64,000 bases of DNA, from positions 64,001-128,000 of the IMG/VR virus record IMGVR_UViG_3300044652_000025; one strand, 5' to 3'. A program made the translations under genes and the position numbers. This document shows positions 46,560-55,737 of this stretch, piece by piece (within the stretch, counting starts at the first letter, position 1; the number at the start of each line of letters is the position of its first letter). Below the pieces are notes generated by a model that did no database searches, was not told the origin of the DNA, and saw nothing but the letters and a program-made list of their open reading frames with translations. The stretch comes from a virus (Duplodnaviria; Caudoviricetes).

Positions 46560-47635
46560 GTCGACGCTTGCATCCCAAACTCGGCGTTGTTGACGTCGGC
46601 CACGGTCCACGATCCGCCGCCGGGCTTGGTCTCGAAGACGCCGCGGGTGGCCCGGTAGGAGCCGTTGTTGAGTGCCGCCGCCGGGGCGGTGGTCTCGACG
46701 CCGCTGAGGCGAGCCACGTTGGTCAGCGTCCGGACCCCGGCATCGGTCTTCTGGGCGTTGGGGTAGGCGACGACGCCGTAGACCTGATTGGTCGTCGGGA
46801 GACCGCTGATGTCAACCATGTTGTACGTGTCCTTGTCACCGGTGTTGACGAAGTCCACATACGTCGTGGTATTGACATTGCTGTTAGTCGGCTGATGCTC
46901 CTGCACCAATGCCGAGTTATTGACCGAATCGCCGTCCGAACCGACGCCCATGATCGTGGTGCCATCCGAGGTGGGCCAGAGGCCGAAGATGCGGGGGCAG
47001 TTGAGGAAGTTGCCGTTGTTCACGGATCCGGCGCCGTTGCAGAGATAGAGATCGCAGAGGTACATCAACGCGACGCCGCTGCCGAGCTTCCACGACATGG
47101 AGTCGAGGGTCGACTTGGTACCGCCGTTCTTGGTGTCGACGCCGGTCAGGCTCAGAAGAGTGGTGCCGTCGATCGACACCGTCACCACCCCGACGGTATC
47201 GCTCAGCGTGCATTTCGCTTCGAGGTAGTACCACGTACCGGCGAGAGGGAGGACGGTCCCGGCATAGGATCCGAGCAGAGTCCCCGACGAGCCACCGCGG
47301 TAGGCGTAGATGCCCGCCCCCGCCGCCGAGCCGGGAGCGATCTGGATCGTGACATGCAGCGTCGCCATGGAGTCGGACAAGAAGCCGAAGACGTCGAACG
47401 GCGTGGCGGTGCTGACAGTGCCCTGCTTGATGGCGAATCCAGCCACGAATGTGACGTGCTCGTCAGAGGCGTCCACCTGTTTGATGATCGAGGCGGGCGT
47501 AGCACCGTTGCTGTAGGCGTCGACCCCGTTCGTCCGGGCGGTGGCATCACCCTGCACCAGCACGTTGTTGATGGCTGACCACTTGCCAGCGCTGAAGTCG
47601 GCTCCGACGAAGCTCTCGGTGAAGATCAGGCTCAT
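46556..47635 (-). CDS. beta-sandwich virion protein, paralog of 53300..54958
   Basis: MSLIFTESF...DLYLCNGAGSVNN...WTVADVNNAEFG. Confidence 0.7.
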   Translation of the reverse strand: MSLIFTESFVGADFSAGKWSAINNVLVQGDATARTNGVDAYSNGATPASIIKQVDASDEHVTFVAGFAIKQGTVSTATPFDVFGFLSDSMATLHVTIQIAPGSAAGAGIYAYRGGSSGTLLGSYAGTVLPLAGTWYYLEAKCTLSDTVGVVTVSIDGTTLLSLTGVDTKNGGTKSTLDSMSWKLGSGVALMYLCDLYLCNGAGSVNNGNFLNCPRIFGLWPTSDGTTIMGVGSDGDSVNNSALVQEHQPTNSNVNTTTYVDFVNTGDKDTYNMVDISGLPTTNQVYGVVAYPNAQKTDAGVRTLTNVARLSGVETTAPAAALNNGSYRATRGVFETKPGGGSWTVADVNNAEFGMQAST

Positions 47636-47642
47636 GCCACCC

Positions 47643-49496
47643 CTACGAGAAGTAGACCTGCACGGACAAATCCTTGGCGCCGGTCCCGGCGGTGGCCACC
47701 CGCACCTGGAGGTAGTCGCCGGGCGCGACGACGACCCCACTTGTACTGTTGGTGTAGACCCCGGCTGCCAGGGTCAGCGAGATCATGTCGGCCCCGTTCT
47801 TCATGAGGTAGACCACAGTCCCGGTCGACCCCGCCGTACCGAGCGAGGCCACGAAGTGGTTAAGGGTCACCGACTGGTAGGCGTACCAACGGCCCGAGGT
47901 CGCCACCGCCACCGCGCCGGGCATCGAGAAGACGGCGGGGAGCGGGAGGACGAGCACCCCGCCGACGGTGAGGTCGCCCGGCGAGGGCACCACGACGTGC
48001 TGGCCGTTGCCGAGCATGATCTGCTGGGCTGCCGTCGTGGCCGCACTCTGGCCGAGCGCCACCGAGCCGGTGTGCGACAGTCCGGTGGTGGCATTCAGAC
48101 CGAGGGCGACGCTGGCCTGGCCGATGGCGCTGGCGCCGCTCCCCAGAGCGATGCTGTCCTGACCTGAGGCGGTGGTGTTGTACCCAAGCGCGGTGGCGTA
48201 GTAGTTGTTCGCCCTCGCGCCGTGGGAGCCGCGGTTGGCGTCGCCGCTGCCGATGGCCACAGTGCAGTCGGAATACGCCTGGGGTCCTACCACTCCCGCC
48301 GGGGAACTGCCGATGGCGATCGACCCCTGGTGGTTGGCTTCGGCCCCGATCGAGGTGAGCGTGCCGGAGCCGATGGCGATGTTGTTGGACCCAGACCCGG
48401 CGCGGGCGTTGATACCGATGGCGACACCGAGATTGCCGTCAGCGAAGACGTCGCAGCCGATCCCGATGGAGTTGTACGCCGCGTATCCGCCGTACCCGAT
48501 GATGGTGGCGTTGTCAGTGGCATAGGCGCCGATGCCGATCGCCACACACTGTGGGCCACGGCCCTGGGCGCCAGACCCGATGGCCGTCGAGTAATCACTC
48601 ACGGCCTGGGCGCCGTAACCGAGGGCGGTGGTGCTGACACCCTGACCGAGCGAGAGCGCACCGATGGCGATGGCGTCCTGACCTGACGCCGCCGCGTTCT
48701 GCCCGATGGCGATCGTCCCGGACCCGCTGGCCGTGGAAGTGTCGCCGGAGTGATGGATCGCGATGCTGTTCGGTCCGGTCCCGTCGACGGAAAATGGGGT
48801 GACCGGTGGTGCGCCGGACGTATCTGGATGCCAGTTGAGGAAGACCGTACCGACCTCGCTGTCGCTGTAGCCGGTCACTCGGAAGTAGTAGGTCGTCCCT
48901 CGAATAGCCGTCAACGTGACGGCGCTGTTAACGGTGCTGAGCGGTGACGCCGTGTCGTCGTCGCTCGTCACCGCCGTGAGAGCGGTGAGCGCCGACCCGG
49001 TAAAGACCTCCAGGACGGTGTCCATCGTCGTGTAGTCGACCAGGTGACTACCGAGGGTGTCGAAGGACATGGATCCCGAACCGGTCGCCGTCCACTTGAA
49101 CCACAGCGAGTGGAGCCCCGGCCCTTCGTCGTCGATCAGGTAACCGGGATCACCCCACCGAGCGGGCTCGGTGGGCTCGACAGTGGCCGTCGAGTTGTCG
49201 ACCTGGACCGTCCCGTAGGCCCCTTCCAGCACCATGGCGTCGGCGAAGTTGTCAGGGACGGGAGCCTCTGCTGTACCCGATGGCGTCCCCACAAAGGCGG
49301 CGAACGACCAGTAGCCGTAGGGCCGGTCGATGATCCACGTCTCGCCGACTTCGGGGGCGGCGGCCTTGCCCGGCAGGACGTCGGTCCTGACCGTGTACTG
49401 CTGACCGAAACGGTCGTGGACGATGGCCTGGCTCCCGGTGACATCGGTGATCGTGCCGACGAAGCTGCGCGTCAGCTGGGCGGCAGGATGGTTCAC
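47643..49496 (-). CDS. baseplate spike-like protein with PPC-like domain and YadA head repeats
   Basis: N-terminal PEVGETW OB-like segment; DNFADA..WFKWTA..GTTYYFRV; many SIAIG/ALG repeats. Confidence 0.7.
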   Translation of the reverse strand: MNHPAAQLTRSFVGTITDVTGSQAIVHDRFGQQYTVRTDVLPGKAAAPEVGETWIIDRPYGYWSFAAFVGTPSGTAEAPVPDNFADAMVLEGAYGTVQVDNSTATVEPTEPARWGDPGYLIDDEGPGLHSLWFKWTATGSGSMSFDTLGSHLVDYTTMDTVLEVFTGSALTALTAVTSDDDTASPLSTVNSAVTLTAIRGTTYYFRVTGYSDSEVGTVFLNWHPDTSGAPPVTPFSVDGTGPNSIAIHHSGDTSTASGSGTIAIGQNAAASGQDAIAIGALSLGQGVSTTALGYGAQAVSDYSTAIGSGAQGRGPQCVAIGIGAYATDNATIIGYGGYAAYNSIGIGCDVFADGNLGVAIGINARAGSGSNNIAIGSGTLTSIGAEANHQGSIAIGSSPAGVVGPQAYSDCTVAIGSGDANRGSHGARANNYYATALGYNTTASGQDSIALGSGASAIGQASVALGLNATTGLSHTGSVALGQSAATTAAQQIMLGNGQHVVVPSPGDLTVGGVLVLPLPAVFSMPGAVAVATSGRWYAYQSVTLNHFVASLGTAGSTGTVVYLMKNGADMISLTLAAGVYTNSTSGVVVAPGDYLQVRVATAGTGAKDLSVQVYFS

Positions 49497-51928
49497 TTGG
49501 ACCCTCCCAGAGGCAGGGCGTAGAGCCCGCTGCTGTCGGTGGCCGAGATCGCGGTGACTGTCACCGAGGTGGTGAACCCCGAGCCGCGGAAGTCAAAGCT
49601 GTGGTTCACGCCCTTGACGTACATCTGGACCTTATAGGCGGGGATCTCCAGGATCATGCCGGGATATACCTCGGGCATGAAGGTGAGATTGACCTGGGAC
49701 GAGAACTGTTGCGCCCACGACTGCATCAGCAGGTAAATCGCGTACCAGAACTCAGTCAGCCCGGCGGGGATGAATGGCAGCTGCTGGATGTCGACCCTCG
49801 CTCCGTATCGCTTCAGGATCTTCTGGGGGTCGAGGAACAGATCGGCCCGCTTATCGGTGTTCGACTGGATGTTGAAAAGGGCGGCGAGAATCTGGGGGAA
49901 CTCCACCGAGGCGATGCCCTGCGAGGAGTAGATATCGGTCGGCAGAGAGGTTCCCGCCGCAATACCGGCCCCACCACCCGTCGGCGGGATATCGGTCCCG
50001 ACGACGAACTGGTGGGTGACGAGATACTCATCGGACCACTCGACCGTGAACCCGTCGCCGAGTAGTTCGATGGTCTCGACGGTCATCCGTCCGGCGGTGC
50101 CGTAGAAGCCGAAGTAATCGGGAAACCAGGCGATGAAGTCGCCGTTGGGGGCGGCCATGAACGACCGCATGGAGATGTTGGCGTACTGCTGGATGGTGCT
50201 GAGCAGGGGGGTGTCGTTCAGCAACATCCGGGCGCCGACGAGTGCTGTGCTTTCCGGATCAGCCTGCGGTGTCCAGCTGCTGGTGTCGGTCACCACCGGC
50301 ATCGCCCCGCTACCCGCGATGCCGATCGTGCCTGACGCTCCCTGCGTCACCGGCGCCGTCGCCCCGCCGTAATCCATCCCGGGGATCGTCCCGGCGTTGG
50401 CGAAGCGGTTCCCGATGCTGCCCTCGACGACGCCGTACTGGGTGCCCATGGCCTCGATGGTGTGAAGCCCGTCACCGACCGAGATCACCACATGGCTGGC
50501 GTCGGCCGGGAACATCAGTGCCCCCTGGGTCTTCGACGCCTGATCGACGGTCAGCGTCGTCTTCGCCGCCTGAATGGCCGCCCACTGCTCTTCTGACGTC
50601 CGGGGCAACGAGACCCCGACCCGTCCAGCCGCCCACTGCACCAGGGCTGAGCAGTCGAAGGCGCCCGGGTTCGGGTCCGAGACCTTGGGCTGAGCGCCCC
50701 AGACATAGCTGTCGCCGACCTGAGCCGCGGCGATGGTGATGAAGTCCTCTCTGCTCTTGCTGCCGGTACTGGCCGCCTGACCGGCGGCCTGTTGACTGTC
50801 GGTCGCTGGCGGCAGGGTGTACGGCCCCAGCTGGGCGCCGTCGGGGGCGAAGCGGATGTCGACCTGGACGTCGGTGGCTCCTGCGAGCGCGGTCTCCAGG
50901 GCGTACTGGCTCATGTCGATGACCCGGCCGGTACTGGTCGCCGGACCCCAGTCGGCGGCCCGGAGGACGACGGCCTTCTGGTTCACGGTGTTGATCACCA
51001 GGACGCGACGGCCGTTCCACCACTGTTTCGCCTTGTCGACGAGGTTGGACGGTACGGCAAGTGTGATCTCCCCGGCGGTGTTCATGACCGCGTAAGGCCA
51101 GCGCATGGCGCAGTACCACAGCCCCTGCGGATCCTCCGGCGTCCCGGGATGGAGCCCCGCCTCCTTGCTGAGTCCCATCGTGAATGGCGCCCCTCCGGAC
51201 GGACCGCCGAACCACGACGCCGTCCCGGAATAGGCCGGGAGCGCGCCGGTGGCGGTCCGGAGAGCAGGATCGGAGTCCGGCGCCACCGTGGTCGCCCCAG
51301 CCGAAGTGGGGGTGGCGCCGCCGATGGAGGCTCCGGTCCCGGTACTCGTCGCCTCGGGTGGTGTGGCGGGTGCCAGAACGGTCTGGAGCGACTGGTAGAG
51401 ATCGGAGATCTGCTTGGTCCAGACGGCCGGGATCCGGCCGATGTGGATGTTGGTCTGAGGCCAGTTGCCGACGTTGATGAGGAGCGACTGGAGCCGCGTC
51501 CGGAGCCCACCGTCGTCGTCGGCCTTCAGCTGGTCGGTCGTGGGAAGACCGACTCCCGGATGCATCAGCTGCACGGCGGCCTCCGAGCCCGGATCCCACA
51601 TGGTGTAGCGCAGCCGTTTGAGTGTGCATTGGCCGGAGAGGACGACAGTCCGGGGATAGACCGAGAAGTAAGGGGCTTGACTGATGTAGCCAGAGAAGGT
51701 CTGCATCCACTTGATGCGCTTCATCTGGACTGAGATGCGGTCGTCGGGAGAGAACACCCCGTCGTACTTGCGGCGGTGGTTGGCGAGGGAGAACGAGAAG
51801 CTGCCCAAGGCATTCTCGGCCATCCCGATGTTGCCGCCCACCAGGTCATCCGAGACGTCGATGATCTCGTCGAGACGCGTCGAATGGATGTGGACCCGGA
51901 CCGCGGGAGAGTAGATGAAGGTCGGCAC
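49493..51928 (-). CDS. baseplate hub with RlpA-like DPBB and NlpC/P60 peptidoglycan hydrolase domains
   Basis: GTASWFG...DWGP..RVIDMS; YVWGA..FDCS..HV..IEA; hub C-terminus FMPEVYPGM. Confidence 0.8.
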   Translation of the reverse strand: MPTFIYSPAVRVHIHSTRLDEIIDVSDDLVGGNIGMAENALGSFSFSLANHRRKYDGVFSPDDRISVQMKRIKWMQTFSGYISQAPYFSVYPRTVVLSGQCTLKRLRYTMWDPGSEAAVQLMHPGVGLPTTDQLKADDDGGLRTRLQSLLINVGNWPQTNIHIGRIPAVWTKQISDLYQSLQTVLAPATPPEATSTGTGASIGGATPTSAGATTVAPDSDPALRTATGALPAYSGTASWFGGPSGGAPFTMGLSKEAGLHPGTPEDPQGLWYCAMRWPYAVMNTAGEITLAVPSNLVDKAKQWWNGRRVLVINTVNQKAVVLRAADWGPATSTGRVIDMSQYALETALAGATDVQVDIRFAPDGAQLGPYTLPPATDSQQAAGQAASTGSKSREDFITIAAAQVGDSYVWGAQPKVSDPNPGAFDCSALVQWAAGRVGVSLPRTSEEQWAAIQAAKTTLTVDQASKTQGALMFPADASHVVISVGDGLHTIEAMGTQYGVVEGSIGNRFANAGTIPGMDYGGATAPVTQGASGTIGIAGSGAMPVVTDTSSWTPQADPESTALVGARMLLNDTPLLSTIQQYANISMRSFMAAPNGDFIAWFPDYFGFYGTAGRMTVETIELLGDGFTVEWSDEYLVTHQFVVGTDIPPTGGGAGIAAGTSLPTDIYSSQGIASVEFPQILAALFNIQSNTDKRADLFLDPQKILKRYGARVDIQQLPFIPAGLTEFWYAIYLLMQSWAQQFSSQVNLTFMPEVYPGMILEIPAYKVQMYVKGVNHSFDFRGSGFTTSVTVTAISATDSSGLYALPLGGSK

Positions 51929-52503
51929 TAGAACCCGGTGAAGTCGAGCGACCCAGCGTCGTAGAGCAGGTCATCGCCCATGTCGACGCCGCTCAATTGG
52001 GTGCCGCCCGGATAGAAGTAGGGCAACGTGTGGGTCGGGTCATCCGGAATGGAGAACTGGGAGATCGCCGTCGGCGCCTTGATGTTGCCGGTCCCGAAGC
52101 TGCCGATGGGATCGGCGGTACCGACGAAGGTCAGCGTCATCCGGTGGACAGTGGTGGTGCGGTTGTCGCCGAAGGTGACCCCGGATGAAGGAACGCCCAT
52201 CTTGTCGAAGCCGCGGCTGGGAACCGTCACCCGCATGGAGCCCACCTGGGGTGTGCCTGCCGCGGCGCGGTTGCCGTAGCCCTGGAGCCAGTTGCCGAGC
52301 GCCGTGTACTCCTCGTGGGTGGCGCAGGCGATGTGGATGGTGAAGGGGGTCGCCACTACCTGCTTGGCATAGAAGGCGGTGTCCATCCTGGTGTTGTCGG
52401 TGTCGTTGGTGAACTGGATGCCCCACTCGATCCGTTCGACGGACACCTGGACTGAGCCGTAGTTGGCCACGGCGAGCGTCCCGTTGAGGCGGCTGATGCT
52501 CAT
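51928..52503 (-). CDS. tail/baseplate protein
   Basis: Position; ATGA coupling. Confidence 0.6.
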   Translation of the reverse strand: MSISRLNGTLAVANYGSVQVSVERIEWGIQFTNDTDNTRMDTAFYAKQVVATPFTIHIACATHEEYTALGNWLQGYGNRAAAGTPQVGSMRVTVPSRGFDKMGVPSSGVTFGDNRTTTVHRMTLTFVGTADPIGSFGTGNIKAPTAISQFSIPDDPTHTLPYFYPGGTQLSGVDMGDDLLYDAGSLDFTGF

Positions 52504-53297
52504 GGTGCGGCCTCCGGGGCGTACCAGGGGGCGTAGACCGCTTCGAGGTCGGCGTCGGCGAGGTTGACGGCGATGCCGCCGGTGGTGAACCCGAAGCCCC
52601 CGAAGTCGACGAGGACGGGCTGGGCGTGGTCGTAGGGCACCGGCTGGCTCACTGGCACGTCCGAGGACCACACACGGATCGGCGATGTCGCTGCCCGCGC
52701 CTCGTTGGGGCGGATCGTGCGAAGTGTCGGCAGCGTCCCGCCTGGTTGGGCCTGGACCGCCAGACGGGTGTACCGGACGACGTGATCGGCCGGTGCCGGG
52801 AGGATCTCGACCCCGAAGCGCACGAAGAGTCGCTGGAGCGTGCCGGTGGCGGTGTCGGTCGGCGGCGGGACGCTCTCGGAGCCGGAACGGGGCGCCCTGA
52901 CGTAGGAGGTCGGAACGTCAGTGCCGGAGACCCCGTCGGTACCGGTCCGGGAGTAGGCGCCGACAATCGACGCGGTATCGCCCGGCGGATCGGTGCTGTC
53001 CGCCGTGGCCCGGATGGCGTAGAGGAGATCGAAAGAGACGGTGTCGGTGGTACCAGCGACCGAATCGGCCGTGCTGACGTTGTAGACATTGACCGGGTGG
53101 AGCAGAACCTCAACGGACTCGCGTGCCGTTCTGGCCTTCGGAGTTCCCTGGCCGAGCGCCTCGACTGAACCACGCGCCGTCCGGGCCTTCGGGCTCCCTT
53201 GCCCCAGGGACTCAACCGATTCCCGCGCCGTACGCGCCTTCGCCGTACCCTGCCCCAGGGCCTCGACGGACTCGCGGGCATCACGGCTGGTCGTCAC
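52500..53297 (-). CDS. virion protein with four N-terminal 17-aa repeats (ARTARESVEA)
   Basis: 51-nt repeats at about 53100-53290. Confidence 0.7.
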   Translation of the reverse strand: MTTSRDARESVEALGQGTAKARTARESVESLGQGSPKARTARGSVEALGQGTPKARTARESVEVLLHPVNVYNVSTADSVAGTTDTVSFDLLYAIRATADSTDPPGDTASIVGAYSRTGTDGVSGTDVPTSYVRAPRSGSESVPPPTDTATGTLQRLFVRFGVEILPAPADHVVRYTRLAVQAQPGGTLPTLRTIRPNEARAATSPIRVWSSDVPVSQPVPYDHAQPVLVDFGGFGFTTGGIAVNLADADLEAVYAPWYAPEAAP

Positions 53298-53299
53298 CC

Positions 53300-54958
53300 C
53301 TACGCACTCTTGAAAGCCGCGGTGACGGTCGAGTCCTGGGAGGCGGTGGTGGTCATCGTCTCAGTGGCCGACGCTCCGGCCGATGCCTGCACCACATCGG
53401 TGAACCCGGCCCAGACCCTGGCCCCAGGTCCCGCCAGCTGCGTCCGTGCCGCGGCAGAAGCCCCTGACAAGGTCGGGTTGCCGGGGTTGGGGTTGGCCCA
53501 GTGAGCGAAGCCGTAGACGACCAGATCATTGGCCAGGGTCGTGGTGACCGAGGCAGCGTTGATGTTGCCGCCACCACTCGATCCGCTGGAGACGTCGACG
53601 GGGCTGGACTGCACCACGCCGGAGTAGGCGGCGAAAGCAATGGCGAAGTCATTACCGCCGACGTTGCTCCAAGTGAGAGTGGCGCCGAGATCCCCGGCGG
53701 CGGCGATCTTGTACCACATCCCGGAGTTCAGGTTGGCGGTATTCACCTGCTGAATCGATGTCCAGCCGCTGGGCACTGTCCAGGTCGGCGTCCCGGCAAA
53801 GGACGACGCGACCATGGCCACCATGAGGTCACCGGTCTGGACGGCGGCCGGGACGGTGATGCTGGCGGTGTTGGCCGTACCGCCGCCGTTGGTGGCGCTG
53901 GAGGCCCGATAGGTGGGCGGTCCCGTCGAGGTGCGGTTCTCGACCCCGAACTCGGCCCCGTTGACTTCGGCGATCAACCACGCCGCAGCCGTCGCCGGAG
54001 ACTGGTCAAAGTACCGTGAGACCAACCCGAAGCTCGTACCGAGTGCTACATCCGAGCCCGGGTAGTTGGTGCCGCCGATGCGGGCCACCTGCCGGAAGTT
54101 CTGGGCGCCAGTGTCGGTCTTCTCGATATACGAGCGGTGAGCGACTCCCCGGACGAGTGATGTCGTAGCGACGAGATCGGCGTAGGCATAGGTGTCGATG
54201 TTGCCGAGTGTCCCGGTCTCAACGTATGTGGTGGTGACCGGCGATCCGGCTTCGTTGACCAGCTGGTAGTTGTTCACCGAGTCACCGTCGGAACCGACCC
54301 ACTGGCTGTAGTTGCCGTTGCCGTTCGGATAGAGGGTCTGGACGGAGCAATCGCCGAGGAAGTCGTTGTTGACCGACCCGGCGCCGTTGCAGATGTAGAG
54401 GTCGTCGATGTAGATCCCGTTGGCCATGAAGTCGTCCCAGAAGGCGATGCCTTCAAAGACGGTGTTGGTCCCGCCGTTCTTGGTGTTCTGGCCGGTGAGG
54501 TTCAGGACGTCGCCGCCGTTGAGACGAATGTTGACGACGCCGACAGTGGCCGAGAGAGTGACCTTGACCTCGACGTACTGCCACGATCCGGGGACGATGA
54601 TGTTGTTCGAGGTCTGGCCCAAGATCGTGTTGGTGGCGTAGACGGAGCCCCGCCGGGCGGTCAGCCGGTTGTTGGTGTCGAGGTAGATGGTGTCGTGGAT
54701 CGTGCCCCAGTTGTCGCTGTAAAAGCGCAGCAGTTCAGTGGCCGTGGCCCCGGCGGGTTTCATGGCGAAGCCGACGATGAAGGTGACGTGGGTGTCGGGC
54801 GTGTTGGCCAACCAACGGGAGAGATGCTGGTTGCCGGTCGGCATCAGCCCACAGGTCGTCCCGGTGCGCTGGTTGGCCGTATTCAGGGACATGGAGAACT
54901 GGTTCCACTTCGATCCCTGGAGGCCGTCGTCGAAGCCTTCGATGAACAGGAGACTCAT
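53300..54958 (-). CDS. beta-sandwich virion protein with an extra C-terminal domain
   Basis: MSLLFIEGFD...DDLYICNGAGSVNN...NGAEFG; then VQTGDLMVA..PSGWT domain. Confidence 0.7.
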   Translation of the reverse strand: MSLLFIEGFDDGLQGSKWNQFSMSLNTANQRTGTTCGLMPTGNQHLSRWLANTPDTHVTFIVGFAMKPAGATATELLRFYSDNWGTIHDTIYLDTNNRLTARRGSVYATNTILGQTSNNIIVPGSWQYVEVKVTLSATVGVVNIRLNGGDVLNLTGQNTKNGGTNTVFEGIAFWDDFMANGIYIDDLYICNGAGSVNNDFLGDCSVQTLYPNGNGNYSQWVGSDGDSVNNYQLVNEAGSPVTTTYVETGTLGNIDTYAYADLVATTSLVRGVAHRSYIEKTDTGAQNFRQVARIGGTNYPGSDVALGTSFGLVSRYFDQSPATAAAWLIAEVNGAEFGVENRTSTGPPTYRASSATNGGGTANTASITVPAAVQTGDLMVAMVASSFAGTPTWTVPSGWTSIQQVNTANLNSGMWYKIAAAGDLGATLTWSNVGGNDFAIAFAAYSGVVQSSPVDVSSGSSGGGNINAASVTTTLANDLVVYGFAHWANPNPGNPTLSGASAAARTQLAGPGARVWAGFTDVVQASAGASATETMTTTASQDSTVTAAFKSA

Positions 54959-55737
54959 GCAGTCCTCCCGAAGATGGCGGCCCGGCTGGCCGTGTTGTTC
55001 CATTCCGCCCGTAGCTCCTGCGGGCTGGGGATAGGCCCACCACCCAGGGCCAGCGAGGCGCCGTTGACGTTGACCCACCATTGCCTCAGCTGCTCATCCG
55101 TCGGAGGTGGCGGTGGAGCCGGTGGGGGATCACCGGTGGTACCGACGGCCGCCCCTCCGACCGTACCCGCCGGGGCGTTGCTGCCCGGCGTCTCCTGGAG
55201 TTGGAGGGCGTTGAGGGGCTGCTGGATCGTCGAAGCGAAGGAGGCGTCAACCGCACCACCGTTGTAGGCCGTCTCCTGCCATCCCATCCCGTCGGAGAGG
55301 CGAGTGATGAAGGCGTCCATCGCCACGGAATTGAGACGACCCTCGGTAGCGTCAGCGATCTGAAGGGTGAGTTCCCACCTCGGGCCGAAGTTGGCGTTGT
55401 CGAAGACGACGGAGGATCCTCCGGCGACGTCAGTGAAGGTCTTCAGGAAGACAAGGAAGTTCCAGCCCTTCGTCGGGTAGACGAACGAGACCGGATCGGT
55501 GGCAGGGTTGGTGACCTGGGTCGTACCGATCCGCTGGAGGAACGAGAGGAAGTCGACCTGCTCTTTCCATCCCCCGGCGAAGGCCCCGGTGATCGTGAGA
55601 TCACTCACCGAGGCTCCGTAGACCTGGACGACCTTGCCGCCGACCGTCTGGAGGTCGGCGACAAGCACGCTGTAGTTCCATTCGACCGCGGTCGGGTCGA
55701 CGTTGAAAACGCGCCCCGCCAGGCTAGCGATCCCCAT
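54955..55737 (-). CDS. tail tube initiator-like protein
   Basis: Directly after the tape measure; TVGGKVVQVYG motif. Confidence 0.6.
   Translation of the reverse strand: MGIASLAGRVFNVDPTAVEWNYSVLVADLQTVGGKVVQVYGASVSDLTITGAFAGGWKEQVDFLSFLQRIGTTQVTNPATDPVSFVYPTKGWNFLVFLKTFTDVAGGSSVVFDNANFGPRWELTLQIADATEGRLNSVAMDAFITRLSDGMGWQETAYNGGAVDASFASTIQQPLNALQLQETPGSNAPAGTVGGAAVGTTGDPPPAPPPPPTDEQLRQWWVNVNGASLALGGGPIPSPQELRAEWNNTASRAAIFGRTA

Noticed and set aside
38211-54958. Diversity-generating retroelement acting on tail fibres
   Set aside because: No reverse transcriptase and no adenine-specific TR/VR pair seen; the paralogs differ at all base types
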